Shown in pieces: positions 10,405 through 20,649 of a stretch of DNA of 64,000 bases. The first letter of the stretch is position 1. Every line of letters starts with the position of its first letter. The notes under the pieces are model-generated. The model saw only the letters and a list, made by a program, of their open reading frames with translations, was not told where the DNA came from and did no database searches. This DNA comes from Candidatus Poribacteria bacterium (GTDB lineage Bacteria > Poribacteria > WGA-4E > UBA9662). Location of the stretch: the NCBI GenBank assembly GCA_046582655.1, contig JAYGDX010000413.1, positions 84,130-148,129 on the forward strand, written 5' to 3'. A program made the translations under genes and the position numbers.

Positions 10405-12987
10405 TCAGGACTGATGAAAGTGAAACTGACCGTCCTCAAAGTCAACGTGAAGATCACTTTTATCACTAAATTTGTCTTCAAGGAGTTGGATAGCTAAAGG
10501 ATCTAGAATCTTACGCTGAATAGTGCGCCGAAGCGGTCTAGCGCCATAAATTTCGTCATAGCTTTGTTTAGCTAGTTCTTCCTTGGCCAATTCTGAAATC
10601 TGCAGGTTGATATTTTTATCCGACAGTCTCAGGGCAACTTGATCTAGTTCAAGCTGGACAATTTGCTTTATGGATTTTAGGTCGAGCTGATTGAAAACAA
10701 TCTGATCATCGATTCGATTAAGGAATTCGGGACGGAAATGCTGTTGTAAAGATTCCACAATCCGCCGATGAACCTCGTCTGGATCCAAACTCTTATCATT
10801 GAACCATTGACTGCCAATATTTGAGGTCATGATGACAACAGTATTTTTGAAATCAACAACTCGCCCCTGACCGTCTGTCAAGCGACCGTCATCGAAAAGT
10901 TGTAATAGTATATTGAGGACTTCAGGATGTGCTTTCTCAATCTCATCTAAAAGTATAACGGCATACGGTTTCCGTCGAATTGCTTCGGTCAATTGCCCAC
11001 CCTCGTCGTAACCCACGTATCCAGGGGGAGCACCGATTAGCTTTGACACGGAGTGTTTCTCCATGTATTCACTCATATCAATTCTAATTATGGTGTTTTC
11101 ATCGTCAAATAGAAAAGCAGCTAAGGTCTTAGCAAGATGTGTTTTCCCAACACCAGTCGGCCCCATAAAGATAAGAGAACTGATTGGCCTGTTCTGATCC
11201 TGTAAGCCAACACGGGACCTCCGTATCGCGTTAGACACAATAGCAATTGCTTCATCTTGACCGATGACATCTGCCTGAAGCCGAATTCCCATCTGAACCA
11301 GCTTTTGGATTTCACCTTCTAACATTTTAGCAACAGGAATACCTGTCCATTTTGAAACGACTTCAGCCACGTCATCTTGATCAACCTTTTCTTTCAGGAG
11401 TTGTCCTAATCCCTGCATCTTTTCCAAACTTGATTTAGCATTTCCAAGCTGTGATTCCAAACTTGGAAGATCTCCGTATAGTATTCGTGACGCTAAGGTG
11501 AGATCTCCGGTGCGCCTAGCTTGTTCTTCCCTGATTTTCAACGTTTCGATCTGCTCCATAATCTCGCGGATACCTTGAAGCATCTCTTTTTCGTTGTGCC
11601 ACTTGGCTTTGAGTTGGTTCCGTCTTTCCCCGAGATCGGATTGTTCGGAAGTGAGTTGGATTAGTCGTTCCTTTGAAGCCTCATCCTCCTCTTTGTCAAG
11701 TGCTTGCCGTTCAATCTCAAGCTGAATGATCTTACGATCAACTTCATCAATTTCTTGCGGCACACTATCAATCTCAATTCTTAAACAAGATGCAGCCTCA
11801 TCAATTAGATCTACTGCTTTGTCTGGCAGGAAACGATCCGAGATATAGCGGTTTGACAACGTCGCGGCTGCAACAATAGCGTTGTCCTGAATTTGGACAC
11901 CGTGATGTGTTTCATAACGTTCCTTTAAGCCACGTAAGATCGCAATTGTCTCTTCAACTGACGGTTCACCGACCATCACCGGTTGAAAACGTCTCTCCAA
12001 TGCTGCGTCTTTTTCAACATGTCTGCGGTACTCATCAAGCGTAGAAGCACCAATACATCGCAACTCACCGCGTGCAAGCGCAGGCTTAAGCATGTTCGAG
12101 GCATCAACCGCTCCCTCTGCCGCTCCCGCGCCAACAATAGTGTGCAATTCATCAATAAACAGGATGACTCTGCCATCAGCTTGTTCGATTTCCTTCAACA
12201 CAGCTTTTAACCGATCTTCAAACTCACCACGATACTTTGCGCCTGCTAGCATTGCACCAAGATCAAGGGCGATTAATTTTTTGTCTTTCAGGGTCTCTGG
12301 AACATCGCCATTGACAATTCTCTGAGCTAGTCCCTCGACAATGGCTGTTTTCCCAACACCCGGTTCCCCTATTAACACAGGATTATTTTTACGCCGACGT
12401 GATAACACCTGTAAAATTCGGCGCACTTCATCATCACGACCGATAACAGGATCAAGTTTTCCAGCTTGAGCTGCGAGTGTCAAATCCTGACCGAAGCGTG
12501 TAAGCGATTGATATTTCTCTTCGGCGTTCTGATCGGTAACCTGTTGTCCTCCGCGAATAGCGACAAGTGACTTGAGAACCTGATCTTTGGTAACACCGTG
12601 ATTCTTCAGAATTTTGGCGGCTTGACTCATCTTCTCTTCTACGATACCGATCAGAAGATGCTCAGTGCTCAGATACTCGTCTTTAAGATGAGTTGCTTCT
12701 TTTAAGGCTAGGTCAAAAACGCGTTTTAACGTGTGTGAGACAACCGGTTCCTGACCGGTTCCTTGTACTTTTGGGTTGCGATCACGTGCTTGATTTAATG
12801 CCAGTCTTATCCCCTCAACGTCTGCTCCAAGTTTCTGAAGAATCGGTTGGGTTACTCCATCCTCCTGGGTTACTAATGCTTCAAGCAGATGATCCGGATT
12901 AATTTCTGGGCTTTGCGTTTGGACAGCTAGATCTTGTGCTTTTTGTATAATTTCTTGTGCTTTAATTGTAAATTGATCGTATCTCAT
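10405..12987 (-). CDS. clpB: ATP-dependent chaperone ClpB
   Basis: Clp N domains, two AAA modules ([16 protein letters not shown]) and a long coiled-coil M domain. Confidence 0.97.
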   Translation of the reverse strand: MRYDQFTIKAQEIIQKAQDLAVQTQSPEINPDHLLEALVTQEDGVTQPILQKLGADVEGIRLALNQARDRNPKVQGTGQEPVVSHTLKRVFDLALKEATHLKDEYLSTEHLLIGIVEEKMSQAAKILKNHGVTKDQVLKSLVAIRGGQQVTDQNAEEKYQSLTRFGQDLTLAAQAGKLDPVIGRDDEVRRILQVLSRRRKNNPVLIGEPGVGKTAIVEGLAQRIVNGDVPETLKDKKLIALDLGAMLAGAKYRGEFEDRLKAVLKEIEQADGRVILFIDELHTIVGAGAAEGAVDASNMLKPALARGELRCIGASTLDEYRRHVEKDAALERRFQPVMVGEPSVEETIAILRGLKERYETHHGVQIQDNAIVAAATLSNRYISDRFLPDKAVDLIDEAASCLRIEIDSVPQEIDEVDRKIIQLEIERQALDKEEDEASKERLIQLTSEQSDLGERRNQLKAKWHNEKEMLQGIREIMEQIETLKIREEQARRTGDLTLASRILYGDLPSLESQLGNAKSSLEKMQGLGQLLKEKVDQDDVAEVVSKWTGIPVAKMLEGEIQKLVQMGIRLQADVIGQDEAIAIVSNAIRRSRVGLQDQNRPISSLIFMGPTGVGKTHLAKTLAAFLFDDENTIIRIDMSEYMEKHSVSKLIGAPPGYVGYDEGGQLTEAIRRKPYAVILLDEIEKAHPEVLNILLQLFDDGRLTDGQGRVVDFKNTVVIMTSNIGSQWFNDKSLDPDEVHRRIVESLQQHFRPEFLNRIDDQIVFNQLDLKSIKQIVQLELDQVALRLSDKNINLQISELAKEELAKQSYDEIYGARPLRRTIQRKILDPLAIQLLEDKFSDKSDLHVDFEDGQFHFHQS

Positions 12988-13027
12988 TGTTAATACTCAC
13001 CTCTGCTGTTTTATTTCCAGTGAAAGG

Positions 13028-13044
13028 AGCAAGTTTAATACCAA
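13028..13044 (-). promoter_or_regulatory. Putative sigma54 (-24/-12) promoter of clpB
   Basis: Minus strand TTGGTATTAAACTTGCT is an exact GG-N10-GC, 40 bp upstream of the clpB ATG. Confidence 0.7.
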
Positions 13045-13327
13045 TTCCCAAATAGCATTGATTTTGGAAAGTCATAATCAGTTCCAACAAGATGGTTCAT
13101 TAAAGATGACCGAATGATTTCCTTAGGGTTAATCTCGATTTTATCTTAAAGCCCGTGGTTTAGATTTGGATATCTTAAAAAACGTTGATTCCATAACAAA
13201 AGTTAGAGATTTTTGTCAAATTGGCATAGTTTGAGAAAGACTGTAGCTGATATTGGCATTTAAATTAGCTTGTTTATCTCCAAAATCACGTTACCCCGAC
13301 CTTCCTTGGAGCACTTTAAGTTTTCAG

Positions 13328-13356
13328 TTGAATGGAAGATAGAATTGTGTTAGAAT
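13328..13356 (+). promoter_or_regulatory. Putative sigma70 promoter of the PspA-containing operon
   Basis: TTGAAT-N17-TAGAAT with extended TG. Confidence 0.5.
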
Positions 13357-13388
13357 CCCCAAAATTTTAGGGTTTGGCTGAATGGCAT

Positions 13389-14240
13389 ATGGGCTTTATA
13401 AAAATGCTTTTTTATAAAACTGTTGAGACAGAAAAGCCAGAAAAAGATGAGAATCAGGACACCGATAACGAACCAAATCCTTTCTTGGTGGATTTCCCTG
13501 AAGATACAGATGAAAGTCAAAATGAATCAAATCCTTTTCCACAGGATCCCACTAAAACTGGGCATAATAATGATGAACCAAACCCTTTTCTGGAAAAAAT
13601 AAACGAAGAAAACAGAAACTTCGAAACCTCAGAGGGGCCAGATGAAATTATTAATCAAGAAGACTTGAGTTCTGTTGATAGTGCTGTTTCTCAGATATTA
13701 TTCGACCTACCCGCAGGTGAGTTCGATGATGATGAGAGCAGAATAGATATTGATAAAATTCTGACAGCTGGTGGAATTGATCGCAATTGGGAGCTAGATA
13801 GTGGTGAATACTCAGTTGAAAAAGTAATGCAACTGATTGAAGAAGGTGTCCCAAAAGAAAGTCTACCGCCTGTTATCAAAGTTTCAGGCAAGTCTGTTGA
13901 GGATATCGTTCAGGATGCTCTGCAAAAAGGAGCAATTTGCGAAGAGTTTGAAGAAAGCTATCAGCAAGAACACCATGCACAGGTTCAACAAACCGAGGAC
14001 GATATGAAACAGATTGAACAGGAAACCAATCAGGAAATAGATCAGTTGAAAGCAGAAATGGACATGAGAATCCAGGATCTGGAAGAAAATCGACAGAATA
14101 GTCTAAATGAGCTTCGAGCTAGGAAACAGGCTTTAATCCATAAATTCAACCAGGATATTAGCATTCTAAATGACTACGAGGCTAAGTGCGCGGAAGTGGT
14201 AAAATTTCTCGGGCAACCCAAACCAAGTGAATCAGAATAA
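13389..14240 (+). CDS. Hypothetical protein: amphipathic N-terminus, acidic NPF-repeat region, C-terminal coiled coil
   Basis: ATG at 13389 gives MGFIKMLFYK; three (N/D)ExNPF repeats; heptad-rich C-terminus. Confidence 0.75.
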   Translation: MGFIKMLFYKTVETEKPEKDENQDTDNEPNPFLVDFPEDTDESQNESNPFPQDPTKTGHNNDEPNPFLEKINEENRNFETSEGPDEIINQEDLSSVDSAVSQILFDLPAGEFDDDESRIDIDKILTAGGIDRNWELDSGEYSVEKVMQLIEEGVPKESLPPVIKVSGKSVEDIVQDALQKGAICEEFEESYQQEHHAQVQQTEDDMKQIEQETNQEIDQLKAEMDMRIQDLEENRQNSLNELRARKQALIHKFNQDISILNDYEAKCAEVVKFLGQPKPSESE

Positions 14241-14290
14241 TAGATTATTTAGTTTATTTTAAACATCAATATATCTGAGGAGGCAGGAAA

Positions 14291-15055
14291 ATGGGTTTTT
14301 TTTCATCAGTCCTTATTCGAATCAAGGGTTTTTTCCTTCAAGCAGGAGATGACATCGTTTCAGGAAGCACATCAAGCATCAAAGCAACTTACAGAACAAT
14401 AGAAGAACAAGAAATTAAACGTTACAACCAGATGCTTGATGCTGTTTCTTCACTTGCACGGCAAAGGGCGCAAACAGAACAGGAGATCCAAAAAGACGAA
14501 GAGCAACTCAGCGAATCGGAGCAGGAAATGGAAGGGGCCTTAGCTATTGCTGAGCGTGAACCCGAAAACCAACAAGTGCATGAAGAAGCCTACAATCGCG
14601 CTTTCACAAGAAAGGAAGAATTAGAAGTTCATCTAGAACAGCGTCAAGGTAAGTTTGAAGAACTAGACCAGAAGGTTGAAAACTACAAAATCGAACTTGG
14701 CAATTTCCAGGAACGTGTTCAGTCATTGAAACAAGAAGGTGATGAAGCCGTCGCTGATTTGATCAGCAGTGAATCAATTGTTCGAATCGAGCAGAGACTA
14801 CAAGGTCTTTCAACAGAGGGTACGGATCAGGCATTAGATGCCGTTCGTCGCAAAGTTCAGGATACAAAGGCTAAGGCACAAATTTCTTCTGAGATTGGCG
14901 GCACGAATGTGTCCCGTCAACGCGAACGCTATCGAGCTGCAGCTAAGCAGAGTACTGGAACCAATGAGTTCTCAGAGAGACTGAAACAAAGACAGCAGAC
15001 AAAGGAGGGTCAATCCCAGACAGAAACAGCAGAGGAACGCAAGTTAGGAGAATAG
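14291..15055 (+). CDS. PspA/IM30 (Vipp1/ESCRT-III superfamily) protein
   Basis: 254 aa, all helical coiled coil, amphipathic helix 0 MGFFSSVLIRIKGFF, PspA-like tail 'LDAVRRKV..TKAKAQISSEIG'; RBS GAGGAGG. Confidence 0.75.
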   Translation: MGFFSSVLIRIKGFFLQAGDDIVSGSTSSIKATYRTIEEQEIKRYNQMLDAVSSLARQRAQTEQEIQKDEEQLSESEQEMEGALAIAEREPENQQVHEEAYNRAFTRKEELEVHLEQRQGKFEELDQKVENYKIELGNFQERVQSLKQEGDEAVADLISSESIVRIEQRLQGLSTEGTDQALDAVRRKVQDTKAKAQISSEIGGTNVSRQRERYRAAAKQSTGTNEFSERLKQRQQTKEGQSQTETAEERKLGE

Positions 15056-15167
15056 GATATTTTATATTCGAATTTCGATTCAAGATTGCCGTAGCTAGCA
15101 ACTAGCATTCCATAATCCTCTCCAATCAATCCTTACAACTTCACTTAAAAGTAGGAGAAATACAGTA

Positions 15168-16730
15168 ATGGCGGAACAAAAATTGGCACTTGGCCGGATC
15201 TTTATGATACTCGTTATTCTTACAGCTGTCATCGGTGGCCTTGCTTACAAATATGTGATTCCCAAACTTCAAGAAAACCAACAAGCGAAAAAATACGATC
15301 AAGCCAGTAGCGGTGGTCGTTTCGATACCAATATCACCGTTGCCGGTGATCCGTGGTCTGGTTATAGTCTCTTTCGCTCCGATCGATTCCGTACGGTTCT
15401 TTCCCAACTTCAGATTGGTTACCGCTATGAAACAGAGGAAGATCTGGAAAAACGTTTTCAAGGATTGGTCAATGGCAAATATGATTTTGTGGTCGCCACA
15501 ATCGACGGCTATACACTCAATGCCATCAACTTGAACTATCCAGGCGTTATTATCTTTTTGGTAGATGAATCCAACGGTGGCGATTCGGTTGTCGCCAGTT
15601 CAAAAATTCAAGCTCTAGACGATTTAGAGGGTGCAAAGGTCTCCTACTCGAAAGGTTTCCCCAGTGAACATCTATTAGATGTCACATTGACACACTTCGA
15701 CATTCTTAGCATTAAGCGTATGCCGGTGACTGATGGACTTTCAGAGAAATCCTACCAAATGTTGAAACAAGGACAGGTTGAGGCAGCAGTTGTATGGGAA
15801 CCTGAAACATCACGTGCTATTCAGGAAGGCTACACCTTATTAACCAGCACCAAAGATAGTGATGACATTATCATCGATGTCTGCATCGCCTCACGCCAAA
15901 TCGTTACAAGCAATCCACAAGTTGTACAGAAAGTGACTCGCGCATATTTTAAGACGCTTGATTATTACCAAAAACGAGAATCTGAATTCATCCAGTATCT
16001 AGCGGAAGATGGAGGGGTTGATCAATCAGTGGCGAAAAACATCATGAATGGTATCGACTTTATCGATCTGAGGGAAAACCATCACCTCTGGTTTGGCATA
16101 GGTCAGACTGCCACTGACAAGATTGCAAAGGTTATTGAAGATACAATTAGTGTTCAACAATTTCATGATAAATTGATGACAGACCCATTTGCCAGCAAAC
16201 CCGGTGGAGCATATTGGATAGTGAATAAGGATTTTCTCAGCCAGTTGACCCCGAGTGCGGCACCTCAAATCAAAGGCATGCCAGAAAAAGAGGTGGCACC
16301 GCCACCAGTTGAGACTAAGCGGCAATTTACCAGGATGAAAGCCGAGGAGATTGAAAGTAAAACTCAACGCATCGGTGAAATGAGAGTTGATCCCATCTAC
16401 TTCGGTAGCGGTTCGGCAAAGTTAAGTCAACAGTCGAAACTAGTTGTTGATAAATTTTCCGATACTCTTCTCCACTATCCGAACTACCGTTTGGTCCTGC
16501 ATGGTTACTCATCTCCTACCGGTTCATCCCAGATCAACATGGACCTCTCCAGGAAACGCGCTGGATCAATTGCCCAGTATCTGGTTCGAGAACACAGTGT
16601 TCAAGGCAGCCGGATTAATACTGTCGCTCATGGTGACAGAGAACCACTCGAACGCGACCAAAATGAGGCTTATGCTGATTGGTTGGAACGAAACCAACGT
16701 ACTGAATTTGTGCTGGTCAAAGACAGATAA
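15168..16730 (+). CDS. NMT1/SsuA-type substrate-binding domain fused to an OmpA-like peptidoglycan-binding domain
   Basis: N-terminal TM; PBP-II motifs 'DESNGGD' and 'AAVVWEP'; OmpA C-terminus 'IYFGSGSAKL..LHGYSSPTG..NMDLSRKRA..NQRTEF'. Confidence 0.85.
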   Translation: MAEQKLALGRIFMILVILTAVIGGLAYKYVIPKLQENQQAKKYDQASSGGRFDTNITVAGDPWSGYSLFRSDRFRTVLSQLQIGYRYETEEDLEKRFQGLVNGKYDFVVATIDGYTLNAINLNYPGVIIFLVDESNGGDSVVASSKIQALDDLEGAKVSYSKGFPSEHLLDVTLTHFDILSIKRMPVTDGLSEKSYQMLKQGQVEAAVVWEPETSRAIQEGYTLLTSTKDSDDIIIDVCIASRQIVTSNPQVVQKVTRAYFKTLDYYQKRESEFIQYLAEDGGVDQSVAKNIMNGIDFIDLRENHHLWFGIGQTATDKIAKVIEDTISVQQFHDKLMTDPFASKPGGAYWIVNKDFLSQLTPSAAPQIKGMPEKEVAPPPVETKRQFTRMKAEEIESKTQRIGEMRVDPIYFGSGSAKLSQQSKLVVDKFSDTLLHYPNYRLVLHGYSSPTGSSQINMDLSRKRAGSIAQYLVREHSVQGSRINTVAHGDREPLERDQNEAYADWLERNQRTEFVLVKDR

Positions 16731-16749
16731 AGTTTAACGGAGGCAAAAA

Positions 16750-17742
16750 TTGAGACATAAATTACAAATATATTTATCTTATTTCCTTATTTCCTGTTTA
16801 CTTGTGTTCATTAGCAATCAAGTCATATACGCAAAACCAGTTAAGGTCGGTGTTTCTATCTGGACAGGCTGGATGCCAATTTACTTGATGGAGGAGAAAG
16901 GATTCCTTAAAAGACGGGCACAAGAATACGGAGTTGAGATTGAACTTAGGAAGTTCAAGGATTATCTTGCCTCTGTACAGGCGTTTACCGCTGGGGAACT
17001 GGATGCCTGTGCAATGACAATCATGGATGCGCTTCCACCGGCTGATGCGGGAATTGATGTTGCTGCCGTGCTCGTCAATGATTTCAGTAAAGGTGGAGAT
17101 GGCATTCTGGTTCAATATGGTATTGATGGCTCAAACTTTAAAGGCGTAGAAATACTACTTGAAGAATTCTCAGTTTCACATTATTTACTTCTTCGTTATC
17201 TAGAAACGATTGGGTTAACAGAAAGGGATGTTACGATAAAAAACACGCCTGGTGATGATGCGGGACGCGCTTTTATAGCAGGAAGAGCAGAAGCGGTTGT
17301 TACATGGAATCCACACCTTTTTCTGGCCGAGGAGGCAGGACGCGGCTACGTTTTGTTTAACAGTAAAAAGATCCCCGGTGAAATTATCGACTTGGTGGTA
17401 TTTAATAACAAACGTTTAAAGCAAAACCCCAGAGTTGCTCAAGCTTTCGTCTCCGCTTGGTATGATGCCATGGACATGATTAAGAATCCTGAAACGCGGC
17501 AGGAAGCCATTAGCATTATGTCGGAGTTGGCTGGTACTAAACCGGCAGAATTCAATAAAATGCTTGGAGGAACAGATCTGTTTTTGGATCCTCAACGTGC
17601 CATAGACCTCCTCAACAGTAAAGAAATCCAAAATACGGAGAGGAAAGTAGTCAAATTCGCGAAAAGTCATGGACTAATCAACGATAAGGTCAATCTCAAA
17701 TACGATGCAACGATTATTCAAGCTGTTCGCCCAGCAAAATGA
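16750..17742 (+). CDS. ABC transporter substrate-binding protein (resembles the urea-carboxylase-associated family)
   Basis: Signal peptide, 'SIWTGWMP', 'DYLASVQAFTAGELDACAMTIMDAL', 'EEFSVSHYLL', 'VTWNP', 'IPGEIIDL'. Confidence 0.85.
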   Translation: MRHKLQIYLSYFLISCLLVFISNQVIYAKPVKVGVSIWTGWMPIYLMEEKGFLKRRAQEYGVEIELRKFKDYLASVQAFTAGELDACAMTIMDALPPADAGIDVAAVLVNDFSKGGDGILVQYGIDGSNFKGVEILLEEFSVSHYLLLRYLETIGLTERDVTIKNTPGDDAGRAFIAGRAEAVVTWNPHLFLAEEAGRGYVLFNSKKIPGEIIDLVVFNNKRLKQNPRVAQAFVSAWYDAMDMIKNPETRQEAISIMSELAGTKPAEFNKMLGGTDLFLDPQRAIDLLNSKEIQNTERKVVKFAKSHGLINDKVNLKYDATIIQAVRPAK

Positions 17743-18560
17743 GTGTGCGGAAATTATACCGAGTTGGAGAAGAAATTGATGCGCGATTGGCATCACTTTT
17801 AGTTCTTCTGCCTATTGTCTTTGTCATAGCGCTGTATCTCTACGGATCACATAAACGGCATCAGGAAAACCCAAAAGATCGAATGATGCCAAACCTGAAA
17901 CAGATTCAAACAGGAATTGTCAAAACAGTTGAAGTTAACTGCCGGACCGGCGATAGATGGCTATTGAAGGATCTCAAATATAGCCTCCGTTTGATGGTTC
18001 TTAGTGTAGCTATCACTGTCACCTGCGCCGTACTCGTTGGATTACACATGGCCTGCTTCTCAGTCATTGAAGCGTTGCATATGAAGTTTGTCCGTTTTGT
18101 CAGTTTCATCCCGCCTCTAGCTCTTTTGCCCCTAATATTCATTTTTGTTGGCACGGACACACCGGCCAAAATACTGCTCATCTTTCTGGGAACATATTTC
18201 ATTCTAGTGATGGATGTTTTTCTAGCTTGTAAAGATGTACCGAGGAAGCTGATACAGAAGGCTTACACCATGGGAGCATCAACTGTAGAAGTTGTCTTCA
18301 AAGTTGTGCTGATGTTCGCTTGGCCTAGAATCCTTAACAGCATCCGCTTTACGCTTCGACAGGCTTGGATATTTTTAATCGCCGCCGAGATGATCGCCTC
18401 TGAAGCTGGACTCGGTTACCGCATTATACTGGTTCAGAGACAGATAGGTGTCAATATCATTTTATGGTACATTTTTATCATTGGCGCCATCGGGTTTACC
18501 TGTGATTTCATATTGTTAAAGATCATTCAAACACGTTACGCTTGGAGTTTGGAGAAATAG
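17739..18560 (+). CDS. ABC transporter permease (SsuC/TauC-like)
   Basis: 'IPPLALLP', EAA-type loop 'KAYTMGAS', 'LIAAEMIASEAGLGYRI'; ATGA overlap with the upstream gene. Confidence 0.9.
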   Translation: MSVRKLYRVGEEIDARLASLLVLLPIVFVIALYLYGSHKRHQENPKDRMMPNLKQIQTGIVKTVEVNCRTGDRWLLKDLKYSLRLMVLSVAITVTCAVLVGLHMACFSVIEALHMKFVRFVSFIPPLALLPLIFIFVGTDTPAKILLIFLGTYFILVMDVFLACKDVPRKLIQKAYTMGASTVEVVFKVVLMFAWPRILNSIRFTLRQAWIFLIAAEMIASEAGLGYRIILVQRQIGVNIILWYIFIIGAIGFTCDFILLKIIQTRYAWSLEK

Positions 18561-18566
18561 AAATTC

Positions 18567-19451
18567 ATGCCTGAATCCTCATTGGCATTGGAGATTAAGG
18601 ACCTGGTACTTGTTTTTAAGGATCAAAAAACGACAAAGGTTGTTCTCGATGGCATCAACTTACAGGTCAAACGGGGCGAATTCGTTGCTATTGTTGGGCC
18701 CAGCGGTTGCGGTAAGTCATCGTTGTTAAACCTGATTGCTGGATTCATGCATCCCACTTCAGGCCAAATCTTGGTCGATGGAGAGCCCGTCAAGGGACCT
18801 AGTCGTAATACAGGCATTGTGTTTCAGGACTATACGCTTTTTCCTTGGTTGACAGTAATTGATAATGTAGCTTACGGTATGGAATTAGAGGAAATCAATT
18901 TTCTTATGAAATGGATTCGTCCTTTTCGTTTTAGGCAATTGCATCGTAGTTACAGAGAAAAGGCAAGGCTTTATCTCCAGGAAATGGGTTTGAAGGAAGC
19001 CGAACGCAAGAAACCTCATCAATTATCAGGTGGGATGAAGCAAAGGGTAGCCATCGCCCAGGAGATTATTCGAAAACCATCAATTTTACTCATGGATGAA
19101 CCGTTTGGTGCCCTTGATCCACAAACACGAGAGGTGCTTCAAATATTAATCCTAAAAATTCACGAACAGGAACAAAATACCGTTTTTTTCGTAACGCACG
19201 ATTTGGAAGAAGCAGTCTACGTGGCTGAACGTGTGATTGTTCTCTCACAGTATAAGCTACATGACGACAATGAGGGCGCCACAATTGTTAAAGATGTCCA
19301 CGCTCCGGTGTTTAAATCCACGGACGTGAAACGAACAGGAGACTTTGGAGGATTAGTCCAAGATATTCGGATGTCAGGGTTTGCACCGGATCAGAAAGGT
19401 ATTGTGGAAGCATTTGACCAAAGTTATCGAAACAAAGCAGATAACCAGTAG
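18567..19451 (+). CDS. ABC transporter ATP-binding protein (TauB/NrtD-like)
   Basis: GPSGCGKS, LSGGMKQR, LLMDEPFGALD, VTHD. Confidence 0.95.
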   Translation: MPESSLALEIKDLVLVFKDQKTTKVVLDGINLQVKRGEFVAIVGPSGCGKSSLLNLIAGFMHPTSGQILVDGEPVKGPSRNTGIVFQDYTLFPWLTVIDNVAYGMELEEINFLMKWIRPFRFRQLHRSYREKARLYLQEMGLKEAERKKPHQLSGGMKQRVAIAQEIIRKPSILLMDEPFGALDPQTREVLQILILKIHEQEQNTVFFVTHDLEEAVYVAERVIVLSQYKLHDDNEGATIVKDVHAPVFKSTDVKRTGDFGGLVQDIRMSGFAPDQKGIVEAFDQSYRNKADNQ

Positions 19452-19589
19452 GACTTTGTCTACTTTTCACCTCTGATCACTTACTCAAAGCCCACTTGAA
19501 TATTCAACGATAGAAATCCACTGATATTTTAGCCAACTTTCGCGCAGGATGTTGGATCTAGATCGATTGAGCGTACTTAGAAAGTCACA

Positions 19590-20426
19590 ATGCCTATCCA
19601 CCAAGACAATGATCTTTCATACCAGAAATTGACTTGGAATTTATTTAAAGAGTGTCTTTTTCAGCCTCTTTTTTATGGTCCAGCGGCGGCTGGAATTTTC
19701 TTAGGATTTATTGATCAACCTGTTCTTGCCCTAGGGGCATTTCTCGCTAGTACTATATCGTTGTCATACTATTTTCTTCTAGGTAAAGCACCACGTAAGC
19801 GGATACAACAACAGATTGAAGACCAGATTCAACATAACGACGAGGAACGAACTCGTCTGGATCAGGAGAGCCGAGAGGAACTTCATCAGAAACTTGACGA
19901 ACGCGGTAGATCCCATTTTGAGAACTTGATCAAACTGGAACAAATACTTGATGAAAAGATCACGAATTTAGGTAATCAATTGGTGGTCAATCAGTTGATG
20001 CAGATGTCCAGAGAGGTCACTTTCGAATCGATAAAATCCTTAAAAAGCCGAATCACTTATAAATCGCTGTTAGAACAGTTCGATGTTCAAAAGTTGCAGC
20101 AAGACCTGAATGAAACAAAATCAAAGTATGAAGATGAGAAAGATATCAACCTCAAAAGAGAATACCGTCAGACAATACAAGCATTGACCAACGAACTTAA
20201 CCAACTTAAAAAGCTAGAGACGGCAATGGAACAACTGGAACAGGACATAATTACTGCGCAATCTTCGCTTCGGGGCACTATTCTTCTTGTATCTCAACCA
20301 CAGTCAGCCGATCATACCTCACGTCTAGAGCAACAAGTAGCTAAATTGCGAGATGAAGTGGAAGTTGCTAAAAAAGTTAATCAAGAATTAGCAGATTTTG
20401 GTATCAATCCTCAGGTTAAAGCTTAG
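19590..20426 (+). CDS. Hypothetical 2TM plus long coiled-coil protein
   Basis: Hydrophobic hairpin at about aa 27-65, then ~200 aa of Q/E/L/K-rich helical sequence. Confidence 0.75.
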   Translation: MPIHQDNDLSYQKLTWNLFKECLFQPLFYGPAAAGIFLGFIDQPVLALGAFLASTISLSYYFLLGKAPRKRIQQQIEDQIQHNDEERTRLDQESREELHQKLDERGRSHFENLIKLEQILDEKITNLGNQLVVNQLMQMSREVTFESIKSLKSRITYKSLLEQFDVQKLQQDLNETKSKYEDEKDINLKREYRQTIQALTNELNQLKKLETAMEQLEQDIITAQSSLRGTILLVSQPQSADHTSRLEQQVAKLRDEVEVAKKVNQELADFGINPQVKA

Positions 20427-20561
20427 TGGCTTGTGGGATTCTTGACTCGACGGATCATTTCAACCTATCAACTTTACTTGCAATAAAATACTCTTAGATT
20501 CCACACTTGTTAAATTTCCCACCTCAATTAACACCCCTAAACACCCTAGCAGTCTAAGCAA

Positions 20562-20590
20562 TTGCATAATCCTTATAAAGATGTCATAAT
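20562..20590 (+). promoter_or_regulatory. Possible sigma70 promoter of the AAA gene
   Basis: TTGCAT-N17-CATAAT with extended TG. Confidence 0.35.
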
Positions 20591-20649
20591 ATGAACTTGT
20601 CCCTTTGAAACAGTAAACACCTTAATTTTCAAAACAGCAGACTGAGAAA

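Noticed and set aside
13221..13270. Plus-strand TTGGCA sites as sigma54 promoters for the PspA operon
   Set aside because: Neither has GC at the required GG-N10-GC spacing
20528..20549. Short repeat 'aacacccctaa/aacaccctag' resembling IS5 ends
   Set aside because: Too short and no transposase remnant nearby
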